Shown: positions 1 through 8,164, counted from the first letter of the whole stretch. The stretch: 63,644 bases of DNA, filler included, from 6 parts of 6 records of this genome joined end to end with filler, not necessarily neighbours in it; one strand, 5' to 3'. The notes: a model not told the origin generated them from the letters alone. A program made the numbers and translations.

Positions 1-37
1 CTCAGAAGGTTGCAGGTTTGAATCCTGCCGCGGTCAC
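1..37 (+). tRNA. 3' half of a tRNA, probably tRNA-Arg (truncated by contig start; anticodon not visible)
   Basis: T-arm GCAGG-TTTGAAT-CCTGC followed by acceptor 3' strand CGCGGTC-A; the GGTTTGAATCC T-loop and preceding TCAGAAGGTT resemble Bacteroidetes tRNA-Arg(ACG/CCG). Confidence 0.75.
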
Positions 38-38
38 A
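24..38 (+). repeat. att core, left copy CCTGCCGCGGTCACA
   Basis: Identical to 2338-2352. Confidence 0.9.
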
Positions 39-56
39 AGTTTGAACACCATTTTT

Positions 57-90
57 AAGCCTAAGTATTTGATACTTAGGCTTTTATTTT
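57..90 (+). terminator. Intrinsic terminator after the tRNA, inside the island
   Basis: 12-bp stem AAGCCTAAGTAT/ATACTTAGGCTT, 3-nt loop, T-rich tail. Confidence 0.8.
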
Positions 91-141
91 GAAATTTTTA
101 AGAGTCGCACTACCTTAAAATTGAATTTTCAAATATCTGAA

Positions 142-205
142 TATCAGTTATTTAACTTTTCAAAAATGCAATTTTGTCCCACTAATGACCCACTAGGACC
201 CAGCC
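142..205. promoter_or_regulatory. Left att arm: IHF-like site and tandem arm-like repeats
   Basis: TATCAG-TTAT-TTA (142-154) fits IHF consensus WATCARNNNNTTR; GTCCCACTA (176-184), GACCCACTA (187-195), GACCCAGCC (197-205) at 10-11 bp spacing. Confidence 0.55.
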
Positions 206-291
206 AATATTTAAATTATTAATCTTTTCTGACAGGTTTTTCTATCTTTAAGCCTCCCCCATTTGGTTATAACGTTATCAAAACACATTTA

Positions 292-2280
292 ATGAAGCTC
301 ACCCTTAAAAACAAGTATAAATCACTTGAGCCATTTGAAAGTGATGAATTAAACCCATTGGCAGTAATCACGGGGAAAAATGGATCTGGAAAGACACAAT
401 TGCTTAACCTTATAAGCAAAAAGTTTAATCAAGATAAAGAGGTCGTAAATATCAATATCACTTTTCTTCCAGAAATTAATACAATTCAAACTGAAGGTGT
501 GTCTACAACTGATTCACCAAAAATGAGTTATGAAATTTGGAAAAAATTTATCCACACTAAATACAAAGAATACCAAGCGATTAAGCCACATGCTAAAAAG
601 TTATATCATTTTTTAAAAGACAACGGATTATATCAAAAAATAGGTACCTCTCAAATTGACTATTTAGAGCTGAGGAAAAATTCCTATTTTATGGAATTAC
701 TTGTAGGGCACTCACGAGAAAAAAATCCGACACATAAAGGCGCTTTTAAATTCAATTCAATTTCCATTGGCAACATTCTTGTTTACGACATTTTATCAAT
801 AGATCAGCGTGTTATCGATATTTCCAGAAAAATTTCTGAGGAAACTGGTAAACCAGAAAATGAATTAGAATTCAATGATTTTTTGAACACCACCGTTGAT
901 GAAAATCTACTTGACAGCAATGATTTGTTTTTATCTAAAATTGAGTTGATATTCTTCCATTATGCCAAGAGAAGATATAAAAACGAAATAGCATTTTTCC
1001 GAAAAGAAAGATATGGTGAAAAGAATGATTCAATTTCGGATACTGACTTCATTGACAAATACCCACCTCCTTGGAAATTAATCAATCAAATATTTGATGA
1101 AAATAGAATTGATTTTAACATCAATCCAATAAGCACTAGCAATTTTGATCCTCAGTATGAGATTGAAATAAAACTCACAAAAATATCTTCTGGGGACAAC
1201 ATAGCATTCATCGACCTATCTTCTGGAGAAAAAATAATTATAGGCCTTATCGTAAAGTTATTTTCATCTGAGTATTATTCAGAGAACTTAAAATTTCCAG
1301 AACTATTAATTTTAGATGAACCTGATGCTCATTTGCATCCAGAAATGTCAAAACTTCTTTTGGATGTTCTTGAAAAAACATTTTCTGAGAAATTCGAAAT
1401 CAAAGTTATTTTAACAACGCATTCACCGACAACAGTTGCTCTTGCATCTGAAAACAGCATTTATAAATTAACAAACGGTCCACAAAGTTCTTTAAAGAAA
1501 ATCACAAAAGACGAGGCATTAAAATCTTTAACCGGTTTAATCCCTACCCTAAGTATCGATTACGAAAGCCATAGACAAGTATTTGTAGAAAGTCCAACCG
1601 ACACATATTATTATAGCAACATATATACTGCTTACCAACAACATCAAGACCTAAACCATAAATTATATTTTATATCGAACTCCTCTGGTAAGGGTAACTG
1701 TGAACAGGTATACAAGATTGTAAAGGATTTAAGAGATTCAGGAAATAAAACATGTTACGGAATCGCCGATTGGGATTTAAAAAACGTAGAAAAGAACTTT
1801 ACTGTTGTTCATGGCCTAGACAAACGCTACAGTATTGAAAATTATATTATGGATCCTCTTTACATTATTTGCCTATTGAATGAACTGGGCAATGCAAACG
1901 GGATAAAATCTAAAATTGGTATCCCAGAAATCTACAATGAATATTCAATTGGAAAAGAACCAATTGAAAGATTACAACATTTCATCATGGTTTTTTTCAA
2001 TGAATTTGAAAATGAATTTCCTGCTTACAAATATGAAAGTCCCAAAAAGACAATTAAATATTTTAATGGGAAGGAAATTGAAATCCCAGAATGGTATCTA
2101 GAAATGAAAGGACATGAAATAGTGGACAAACTAAAAAAAGTGTTCTCAGCTCTTGATAAATTTAAGAATGAAGGAGAGATTCAAAAAGCGGTAACCCAAA
2201 TAATAGTTAAGTGCTATCCTTTTGTTCCTATGGATACTATTGAAACATTAAATAAAATTGGAGAAAAAACGTCCCAATAA
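292..2280 (+). CDS. ABC-type (AAA_15/AAA_21-like) ATPase fused to a TOPRIM/DUF4435-like nuclease; candidate anti-phage protein
   Basis: Walker A GKNGSGKT, signature LSSGEK, Walker B LLILDEPD, H-loop TTHSP; TOPRIM VFVESPTD ... GIADWD and YSIENY. Confidence 0.8.
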   Translation: MKLTLKNKYKSLEPFESDELNPLAVITGKNGSGKTQLLNLISKKFNQDKEVVNINITFLPEINTIQTEGVSTTDSPKMSYEIWKKFIHTKYKEYQAIKPHAKKLYHFLKDNGLYQKIGTSQIDYLELRKNSYFMELLVGHSREKNPTHKGAFKFNSISIGNILVYDILSIDQRVIDISRKISEETGKPENELEFNDFLNTTVDENLLDSNDLFLSKIELIFFHYAKRRYKNEIAFFRKERYGEKNDSISDTDFIDKYPPPWKLINQIFDENRIDFNINPISTSNFDPQYEIEIKLTKISSGDNIAFIDLSSGEKIIIGLIVKLFSSEYYSENLKFPELLILDEPDAHLHPEMSKLLLDVLEKTFSEKFEIKVILTTHSPTTVALASENSIYKLTNGPQSSLKKITKDEALKSLTGLIPTLSIDYESHRQVFVESPTDTYYYSNIYTAYQQHQDLNHKLYFISNSSGKGNCEQVYKIVKDLRDSGNKTCYGIADWDLKNVEKNFTVVHGLDKRYSIENYIMDPLYIICLLNELGNANGIKSKIGIPEIYNEYSIGKEPIERLQHFIMVFFNEFENEFPAYKYESPKKTIKYFNGKEIEIPEWYLEMKGHEIVDKLKKVFSALDKFKNEGEIQKAVTQIIVKCYPFVPMDTIETLNKIGEKTSQ

Positions 2281-2322
2281 CTACCCAATAAATATTTAAA
2301 ATAACTGATTATCAATATATTA
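2271..2322. promoter_or_regulatory. Right att arm: tandem arm-like repeats and IHF-like site
   Basis: GTCCCAATA (2271-2279) and TACCCAATA (2282-2290), 11-bp period; TATCAA-TATA-TTA (2310-2322) fits IHF consensus. Confidence 0.55.
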
Positions 2323-2337
2323 AAAAATATAATTAAC

Positions 2338-2352
2338 CCTGCCGCGGTCACA
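2338..2352 (+). repeat. att core, right copy CCTGCCGCGGTCACA
   Basis: Identical to 24-38. Confidence 0.9.
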
Positions 2353-2359
2353 GACAAAT

Positions 2360-2393
2360 AAAAAAACGCCGAGGCTTTGCTTCGGCGTTTTTT
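2360..2393. terminator. Bidirectional intrinsic terminator (probably the original tRNA terminator)
   Basis: A-tract, CGCCGAGGC-TTT-GCTTCGGCG stem, T-tract, directly after the right att copy. Confidence 0.85.
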
Positions 2394-2419
2394 GTTATCC
2401 ATATTTTCCACTACAACAA

Positions 2420-2860
2420 TTAGTACGTTAGGACATTATAGCCCTTCGCCTGTAACTGAAGTACCCGTACAGTCCATGTGGCAACAGGTTCCATGCCCGA
2501 AATTAATTGGTCTTCAGAAACCCCCAATTTTTTCATGGCCACGCTGCATACACTCACTCGAACTTTTCCCTTATACTTTTGGTACAAGTCTTCCAACTCA
2601 GAACCTTTCACCAAGTTCTTCACGAATTTACCCTTTGCAACAATTTCATAATCGGTAATCTCCACACCGCTTGCCAAAAGTTTATCATACAAATGCAACA
2701 CCCCTCTAAAATGCCGCTCTTCACTGACACCAAAAGCAAATTGCTTTGATTTTTGTAGGTCCGATACAATTTCTGCATCAAACTTTTCCTGTGCAACGAG
2801 CATAGGTCCCGAAAAAACGGTCAGGATTGTTAAAATAATGGTGTAAAGAAATGGTTTCAT
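2420..2860 (-). CDS. DsrE-like family exported protein
   Basis: Signal peptide; EIVAKG and VSVCSVAM with conserved Cys; C-terminal LQAKGY typical of DsrE-like proteins. Confidence 0.65.
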   Translation of the reverse strand: MKPFLYTIILTILTVFSGPMLVAQEKFDAEIVSDLQKSKQFAFGVSEERHFRGVLHLYDKLLASGVEITDYEIVAKGKFVKNLVKGSELEDLYQKYKGKVRVSVCSVAMKKLGVSEDQLISGMEPVATWTVRVLQLQAKGYNVLTY

Positions 2861-2912
2861 GTTATACTGTTTTGAGTTGCTCTTTAAAAATACAATTACT
2901 GTTTTAAATAAT

Positions 2913-3515
2913 CTATTTCTGTAATGAATCCAACACGTGTTGGGCTTCTTTCAAATCGAGTTGAAGTTTTTGGTTCTCCAATATATACTGTTCACGCAAT
3001 TGCTCCATTCTGCGTTCAAATTCATCTGCGGGAACATACTCAGGTTTTAAAAGTGTTTCATTAAAAATACTGATGAGGGTAAACAAAAAACTGACTGCAA
3101 CCGCCGAAATCAATCCCATAAGCATCAGTTTTTCACGTTTTAAGTCGGGTGTAGCTTTTTTGATTTGCTTTTTCTCCTCCTTTGTCAGTTTTGGCATTCC
3201 CGACAGTTGTCCAAGGAAGGTATCCCACTTTTCCTCTTCTTTTACATAAAGATTCATAAATCCGCCCTCCTCTAAAAAGTCCTCTGTGCTCGAAGTGGAT
3301 GCCAACATAAATATATCCAATCCGTTACCTCCCATAACATCTAAAAGAGTGGAGTCATAAGCTAGGATTTCCCGTACCAGTTTCTGGACATATTCCAAAC
3401 TGTAATTGGGCCTCAAAAATTCGTCGTACAGGGTATATATTTGAAAGTAGTCGCTCCGCTCGAGAGCATATTCCAAAAAACGGTCTTTCAATTCAGCCTT
3501 AAAGAATTCACTCAT
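2913..3515 (-). CDS. Hypothetical protein with one TM helix and a C-terminal coiled coil
   Basis: 200-aa ORF, hydrophobic LMLMGLISAVAVSFLFTLISIF. Confidence 0.7.
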   Translation of the reverse strand: MSEFFKAELKDRFLEYALERSDYFQIYTLYDEFLRPNYSLEYVQKLVREILAYDSTLLDVMGGNGLDIFMLASTSSTEDFLEEGGFMNLYVKEEEKWDTFLGQLSGMPKLTKEEKKQIKKATPDLKREKLMLMGLISAVAVSFLFTLISIFNETLLKPEYVPADEFERRMEQLREQYILENQKLQLDLKEAQHVLDSLQK

Positions 3516-3666
3516 TTTTAAAAATGGGCGGTTTATGGTTGGTTTTGGTCGTTAGGCTAAATGTAAAGAAATGGGGAATCAGTAGAGTTAGGTCAGGATA
3601 AAAAATTCATAAACTTTGCTGTTAGGATGTTGGTTTTCTCTAATAAAATGTGTGGGATATGCTAAG

Positions 3667-3942
3667 CTAAACGATTTCCGCACTCAACCCGGCCTGAAGC
3701 AATTTACTGCATTTGGGTTCAAGAAAAGAATATTCACCTGTTTTTACTGTGCATTTTCCTTTATAATGCACAATCAGCGAGCATTGTTCCGCCTGTTCGG
3801 GAGTGTGCTCACATACATTGATCAAGGTGGTTATCACGTGGTCAAAGGTATTCACATCGTCGTTAAAAAGAACTATTTCGTGCTCATTTGTTGTCTCTTC
3901 TTCCAAGAGGACATCTTCCAACTCTTTTTCTCTAGTACTCAT
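3667..3942 (-). CDS. clpS: ATP-dependent Clp protease adaptor ClpS
   Basis: IVLFNDDVNTFDHV and IVHYKGKC motifs. Confidence 0.92.
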   Translation of the reverse strand: MSTREKELEDVLLEEETTNEHEIVLFNDDVNTFDHVITTLINVCEHTPEQAEQCSLIVHYKGKCTVKTGEYSFLEPKCSKLLQAGLSAEIV

Positions 3943-3966
3943 TTTATTAACGGAGTTTATGTCTAT

Positions 3967-4794
3967 CTAATTTACATATTTTGCCGCAACCCAATTGTTC
4001 TTCTCCAGATTTTTTTCAAATTCCAAACCATATGCACCACATTTTGAGGAAATTGCATCCAAATCCTCTAAATAGAAGCCACTTAAAAATAAGGAACCGT
4101 TTTTTTTGAGGCAGTTAGCGTAGACCGATATATCTTCCAGTAGAATATTTCGGTTGATATTGGCCAATATCACATCATATTTTTTGCCCTCTAGCAAACT
4201 ACTGTCTCCTTGAAAGGCTTTGATATCGGAGCAACCGTTTCGCTCTACATTTTCTTGGGTATTCAAAAAGCACCATTCATCAATATCTATAGCCTCGGTA
4301 TCTCCCGCGCCACGCTTTTTGGCCAAAATGGCCAGCACACCTGTTCCGCATCCCATATCCAGAACTGATTTTCCATCGAAATCATTGTCCAGAATATGTT
4401 GCAACATCATATGTGTGGTTTCGTGGTGCCCCGTACCAAAACTCATTTTTGGTTCTATAATGATATCGTATTCCACATTGGTCGCCTCATGAAATGGAGC
4501 TCGAACCATACACCTATCTCCTACTATTATGGGATGAAAATTCTTTTCCCATTCTGCATTCCAATTCTGCTGTTCGATTTCCTTCTGTGACCAACTTATT
4601 TCAAAATTTGGATTTTGGAACACAAATAGTTCTTCCAAGGCATCTTCTTTCCATTCTGATTTGAGAATGTAAGCCAATAGTCCTGTTTCATTTTCCACAA
4701 AACTCTCAAACCCCAATTCCCCCAACTCCGCAATCAAAATATCGGTTGCGGGTTGGAGCGGGCTTATTTTAAAGTCGTATTCTAGATAGACCAA
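3967..4794 (-). CDS. prmA: Ribosomal protein L11 methyltransferase
   Basis: PKMSFGTGHHETT, VLDMGCGTG, ANIN. Confidence 0.95.
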   Translation of the reverse strand: MVYLEYDFKISPLQPATDILIAELGELGFESFVENETGLLAYILKSEWKEDALEELFVFQNPNFEISWSQKEIEQQNWNAEWEKNFHPIIVGDRCMVRAPFHEATNVEYDIIIEPKMSFGTGHHETTHMMLQHILDNDFDGKSVLDMGCGTGVLAILAKKRGAGDTEAIDIDEWCFLNTQENVERNGCSDIKAFQGDSSLLEGKKYDVILANINRNILLEDISVYANCLKKNGSLFLSGFYLEDLDAISSKCGAYGLEFEKNLEKNNWVAAKYVN

Positions 4795-4805
4795 TGGATT
4801 TGCTT

Positions 4806-5555
4806 TTAAATGGCCTTGATGATATCCGAGAAATCTTCAGCTTTCAATGAAGCTCCTCCAATCAAACCACCATCTACATCTGGTTTTGAAAATATTTCGG
4901 CAGCGTTGGCAGGCTTAACACTTCCTCCGTACAAAATGGAAACATCCTCGGCAATAGACGAATTGAATCCATCTGCAATTGTTTTTCTGATGAACGCATG
5001 CATTTCCTGAGCTTGCTCTGGACTCGCCGTTTCTCCAGTACCAATGGCCCAAACGGGTTCGTAGGCAAGTACTATCTTGCTCCAAGCGCTGGCATCTAAA
5101 TCAAAAAGTGCGTTTTTTAACTGACTTTCCACTACGGCAAAATGGTTGTCGGATTTTCTATCCTCCAATTCCTCACCAAAGCAGAAAATTACTTTTAGAC
5201 CCTTCTCGATAGCTGTTTTTACCTTTTTGGCCAATAACTCATCGTCTTCACCAAAGTAGGCACGCCTTTCGGAGTGACCCAAAATGACAACATCCACATC
5301 CAAACTAAGTAACATATCAGCAGAAATTTCCCCGGTATATGCCCCACTTTCTGCAAAGTGCATATTTTGGGCTGCCACTTGTATTTTGGAATCTTGCAAT
5401 GCTTGTTTTGCGGCTTGAAGGTTCACAAATGTTGGCGCTACTATCACATCTGCATTGGTATCAGGTAGTTTGGCGGAAAGCTCGGCCAACAATTCCTCCG
5501 TTTCCTGAAGGTTTTTGTTCATCTTCCAATTTCCTGCTACAATCTTTGTTCTCAT
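4806..5555 (-). CDS. tpiA: Triosephosphate isomerase
   Basis: AGNWKMN, GHSERR, AYEPVWAIGTG, GGLIGGAS. Confidence 0.98.
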   Translation of the reverse strand: MRTKIVAGNWKMNKNLQETEELLAELSAKLPDTNADVIVAPTFVNLQAAKQALQDSKIQVAAQNMHFAESGAYTGEISADMLLSLDVDVVILGHSERRAYFGEDDELLAKKVKTAIEKGLKVIFCFGEELEDRKSDNHFAVVESQLKNALFDLDASAWSKIVLAYEPVWAIGTGETASPEQAQEMHAFIRKTIADGFNSSIAEDVSILYGGSVKPANAAEIFSKPDVDGGLIGGASLKAEDFSDIIKAI

Positions 5556-5580
5556 GTTATTTGTTGTTATGTTATACTCT

Positions 5581-5609
5581 TTTGGTGTTTGGTGTTTGGT
5601 GTTTGGTGT
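5581..5609. repeat. Heptamer tandem repeat (TTTGGTG)4 just downstream of a four-helix-bundle gene
   Basis: Read directly: tttggtg tttggtg tttggtg tttggtg t. Confidence 0.9.
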
Positions 5610-5614
5610 AAAAA

Positions 5615-6019
5615 TTATTCTTTTTCCCTATTGTTGAATTTTTGTCCTCTTATTTTAGTGTTTCGAAGGTAATACATAAACGCCCCAATTTTGTTGTTAC
5701 AGTGTTCTGTCATCTCCAGAGCTTTCATGTAATCCTCATTAGAGATTAGCTTCTTGTCGAAAGAACGATAAAATTGAGATTTCAACTCTGTACACGAACC
5801 TTTTGAAAAACTCAAAAAATTATGGAACTCTTTATTCCCACCTCTTCCAAAGCCTTCTGCTATATTATCCATAATTGAACCTGAACTTCGCTCCATTTGG
5901 TTACGCAACGCATAATTGTTCCCCAACTCAGTTGTTTGAAAAGGGTGCTCTACTAGTTGACACAGTTCCCTGGAAATTTTCCAGACTTCCAAATCTTCGA
6001 ACCTATCTATCCTACCCAT
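5615..6019 (-). CDS. Four-helix-bundle protein (23S rRNA IVP / TIGR02436-like)
   Basis: FEDLEVWK ... LRNQMERSSGSIMDNIAEGFGR ... FLSFSKGS.E family motifs. Confidence 0.9.
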   Translation of the reverse strand: MGRIDRFEDLEVWKISRELCQLVEHPFQTTELGNNYALRNQMERSSGSIMDNIAEGFGRGGNKEFHNFLSFSKGSCTELKSQFYRSFDKKLISNEDYMKALEMTEHCNNKIGAFMYYLRNTKIRGQKFNNREKE

Positions 6020-6020
6020 C

Positions 6021-6056
6021 TTACATCAAAACATTTAAACTGAAAAACAACAAACA
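6021..6056. repeat. Degenerate heptad-like repeat upstream of four-helix-bundle gene 1, complementary to 5581-5609
   Basis: Coding strand TGTTTGTTGTTTTTCAGTTTAAATGTTTTGATGT can pair with (ACACCAA)n. Confidence 0.55.
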
Positions 6057-7196
6057 TTAAAACTCCAGTTCCTCAAAATCGTTGTAATGTACCTTTTGTT
6101 GAATAGTCCCCTTGCTGAGCACTAAAATAGCTGGATTAGAGCGCACAATAGTCTTTAAAGTTGTTTCATCTGTAAAATAGAATTCAAAATCCAGTCCGTA
6201 GGTATCGATTAGCTGATTTGCCATATCGCTGCTCGAAGCGGACATTCCAATGACTTTGTAACCGTTTTCAATTGCCTTATCAGTAGTTTTCTTTACCTCT
6301 GGATAAACTTCCTTTTGTGCCTCCTTAATATCATCAACAGTTGCTCCTTTGGTCAAACCTGCTGTTTTGTTTAAATCATAAGCAATCACCATTACCAGCT
6401 TATCCTCTTCCAGCAGTTCAGGAGCATAGTCCTGCCCTTCTTGTTCAATGGTAAAGTCATGAATGGGAGGTTCATACCCTGCTTGTATCTGAGTAGTTTC
6501 CACATCAATAAATTCTCCATCTACCGTAGGATAGTCGCCCTCCGTTACATAAATTTGCTCTTCACCATTCACCTTAAAACGCCAAGCATACTCATAAATG
6601 GGTTTCGGAGCATTTTCGGGAACGGACATTCCTTCTTGTATGTTAGCACCAATTTTATAGGGCCTAAAATCCACCGATGGCAAATGGGCCAATACATGAT
6701 TTGCAAACAGGGCACAAGCCAGCAACGACACTACCCCAACTATCCAATTGACTTTGGAACTGAACAATGGTATAATATATTTTCTGCCAAAAAACAGAAT
6801 CAAAATAAACACCAATAGAATCACGTCTTTAGTAAAGGATTCCCAAGGCGTTAGCTTGACGGCGTCTCCAAAACAGCCACAATCCGTAACTTTATTGAAA
6901 TATGCTGAATAAAACGTCAAGAATGTGAAGAACACGATCATGAGCAGTAGGCTCCAAACCGTGAATTTGGGTTTAAATCCAATCAATAGTAAAATGCCCA
7001 AAATCACCTCAACAATAACCACAAAAATAGAAATGGCCAATGCCAAGGGAGTCAAAAAAGGAATGTCCAATACCCCTGGACTAAAATATTCTTCCAGTTT
7101 GAAGGAAAAACCCATGGGGTCGTTCAACTTTATCAACCCGCTGATAATGAACAACACCCCTACTATAATTCTTGATATCCAGACCAAATATTTCAT
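6057..7196 (-). CDS. DoxX/MauE-like membrane protein (BT_3928 family)
   Basis: N-terminal TM helices with SGLIKLNDP, DCGCFGD motif, C-terminal thioredoxin-like RSNP; ATG at 7196 preferred over TTG 7205. Confidence 0.85.
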   Translation of the reverse strand: MKYLVWISRIIVGVLFIISGLIKLNDPMGFSFKLEEYFSPGVLDIPFLTPLALAISIFVVIVEVILGILLLIGFKPKFTVWSLLLMIVFFTFLTFYSAYFNKVTDCGCFGDAVKLTPWESFTKDVILLVFILILFFGRKYIIPLFSSKVNWIVGVVSLLACALFANHVLAHLPSVDFRPYKIGANIQEGMSVPENAPKPIYEYAWRFKVNGEEQIYVTEGDYPTVDGEFIDVETTQIQAGYEPPIHDFTIEQEGQDYAPELLEEDKLVMVIAYDLNKTAGLTKGATVDDIKEAQKEVYPEVKKTTDKAIENGYKVIGMSASSSDMANQLIDTYGLDFEFYFTDETTLKTIVRSNPAILVLSKGTIQQKVHYNDFEELEF

Positions 7197-7204
7197 ATTT
7201 TTCA

Positions 7205-7240
7205 AAATAAATTTCCAATCCTAAAAAAACAAAACCCAAT
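7205..7240. repeat. Degenerate repeat downstream of four-helix-bundle gene 2
   Basis: Plus strand AAATAAATTTCCAATCCTAAAAAAACAAAACCCAAT, an imperfect inverse of 7601-7631. Confidence 0.5.
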
Positions 7241-7250
7241 TTCCTCTCGA

Positions 7251-7592
7251 TTAAGCCTTTTTCAAAATTGATGATAATATCTTTCTTAACTCGATAGATT
7301 CCTCAATCAAATTCTGCGCTAAATCACTATCAGGATTTGAATCCTTCAGCAAACGTAACCAATACCCCGATTCCTTTGCTTCTTTTCTTGCTATTTTCAA
7401 TCTAAACTTAAAATCCTTGTCCCCCAGTTTTTCATTTGCCTCAATATAATTGGCTCCAACAGAACCAGAAGAACGAATCAATTGTTTTCCATCTTCAATG
7501 TTTATGACGGAGGTTTTCAATGATTTGACATACTTTCTACAATTCTTTGCAAAATTGAATGTTCTATCTTCTAAATCATACTTGTTATTCAA
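7251..7592 (-). CDS. Four-helix-bundle protein (23S rRNA IVP / TIGR02436-like), second subfamily
   Basis: DLEDRT.NFA ... KQLIRSSGSVGANYIEA ... IARKEAKESGYWL. Confidence 0.9.
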   Translation of the reverse strand: MNNKYDLEDRTFNFAKNCRKYVKSLKTSVINIEDGKQLIRSSGSVGANYIEANEKLGDKDFKFRLKIARKEAKESGYWLRLLKDSNPDSDLAQNLIEESIELRKILSSILKKA

Positions 7593-7600
7593 AGTGAATT

Positions 7601-7631
7601 TTTGTTATTTGGATTTTATCATTTGGTATTT
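7601..7631. repeat. Degenerate heptad repeat upstream of four-helix-bundle gene 2
   Basis: Coding strand AAATACC AAATGAT AAAATCC AAATAAC AAA; overlaps the stop codon of the DUF1599 gene. Confidence 0.55.
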
Positions 7632-8164
7632 ACACCCAAATGAATGAGTGCAAAAACTGCATAATTTACCATATCCTGATAGTTGGCATCCACACCCTCG
7701 CTCACCAAAGTCGCACCTTGGTTGTTCTCAATCTGTTTTACGCGCAATAACTTTTGCAAAATCAAATCGGTAAGGGAGCTTACACGCATATCTCGCCACG
7801 CTTCACCATAATCGTGGTTTTTATCCTCCATCAACTTTTTGGTAATGGCTACTTGCTCATCATAAAGGGCAATGGCCTCTTCAGCAGTCAAATCTGGCTG
7901 TTCCACCACGCCTTTCTTAATCTGAATCAACGCCATAATGGAATAATTGATAATCCCGATAAACTCGGAACGCTCGTCTTCGTCCACCTTGCGCACATCG
8001 TTCTGTTGAAGACCGCGAATGCGCTGTGCCTTTATAAAAATCTGGTCTGTTAATGAGGGTAACCTAAGGATTCGCCAAGCGGTACCATAATCCTTGGCCT
8101 TTTTTGAAAACAATTCACGACAGGTTTGTATCACCTCATCGTATTGTTGGGAAGTCTGCTGCAT
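7619..8164 (-). CDS. DUF1599 domain protein (two repeats)
   Basis: Duplicated K..DYG.AWR ... SLTD motif. Confidence 0.85.
   Translation of the reverse strand: MQQTSQQYDEVIQTCRELFSKKAKDYGTAWRILRLPSLTDQIFIKAQRIRGLQQNDVRKVDEDERSEFIGIINYSIMALIQIKKGVVEQPDLTAEEAIALYDEQVAITKKLMEDKNHDYGEAWRDMRVSSLTDLILQKLLRVKQIENNQGATLVSEGVDANYQDMVNYAVFALIHLGVNTK

Larger units (their letters stand above)
24..2352. mobile_element. Minimal tRNA-integrated island (one cargo gene, no integrase)
   Basis: Bounded by a perfect 15-bp direct repeat of the tRNA 3' end; cargo visibly AT-richer than the flank; IHF-like and arm-like motifs near both ends. Confidence 0.85.

Noticed and set aside
5581-5609. (TTTGGTG)4 as a CRISPR array or contingency locus
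   Set aside because: No spacers or cas genes, only four units, intergenic; better explained as a flank of the four-helix-bundle gene
5615-7592. Diversity-generating retroelement (Avd-like four-helix bundles)
   Set aside because: No reverse transcriptase and no TR/VR repeat pair seen in the contig
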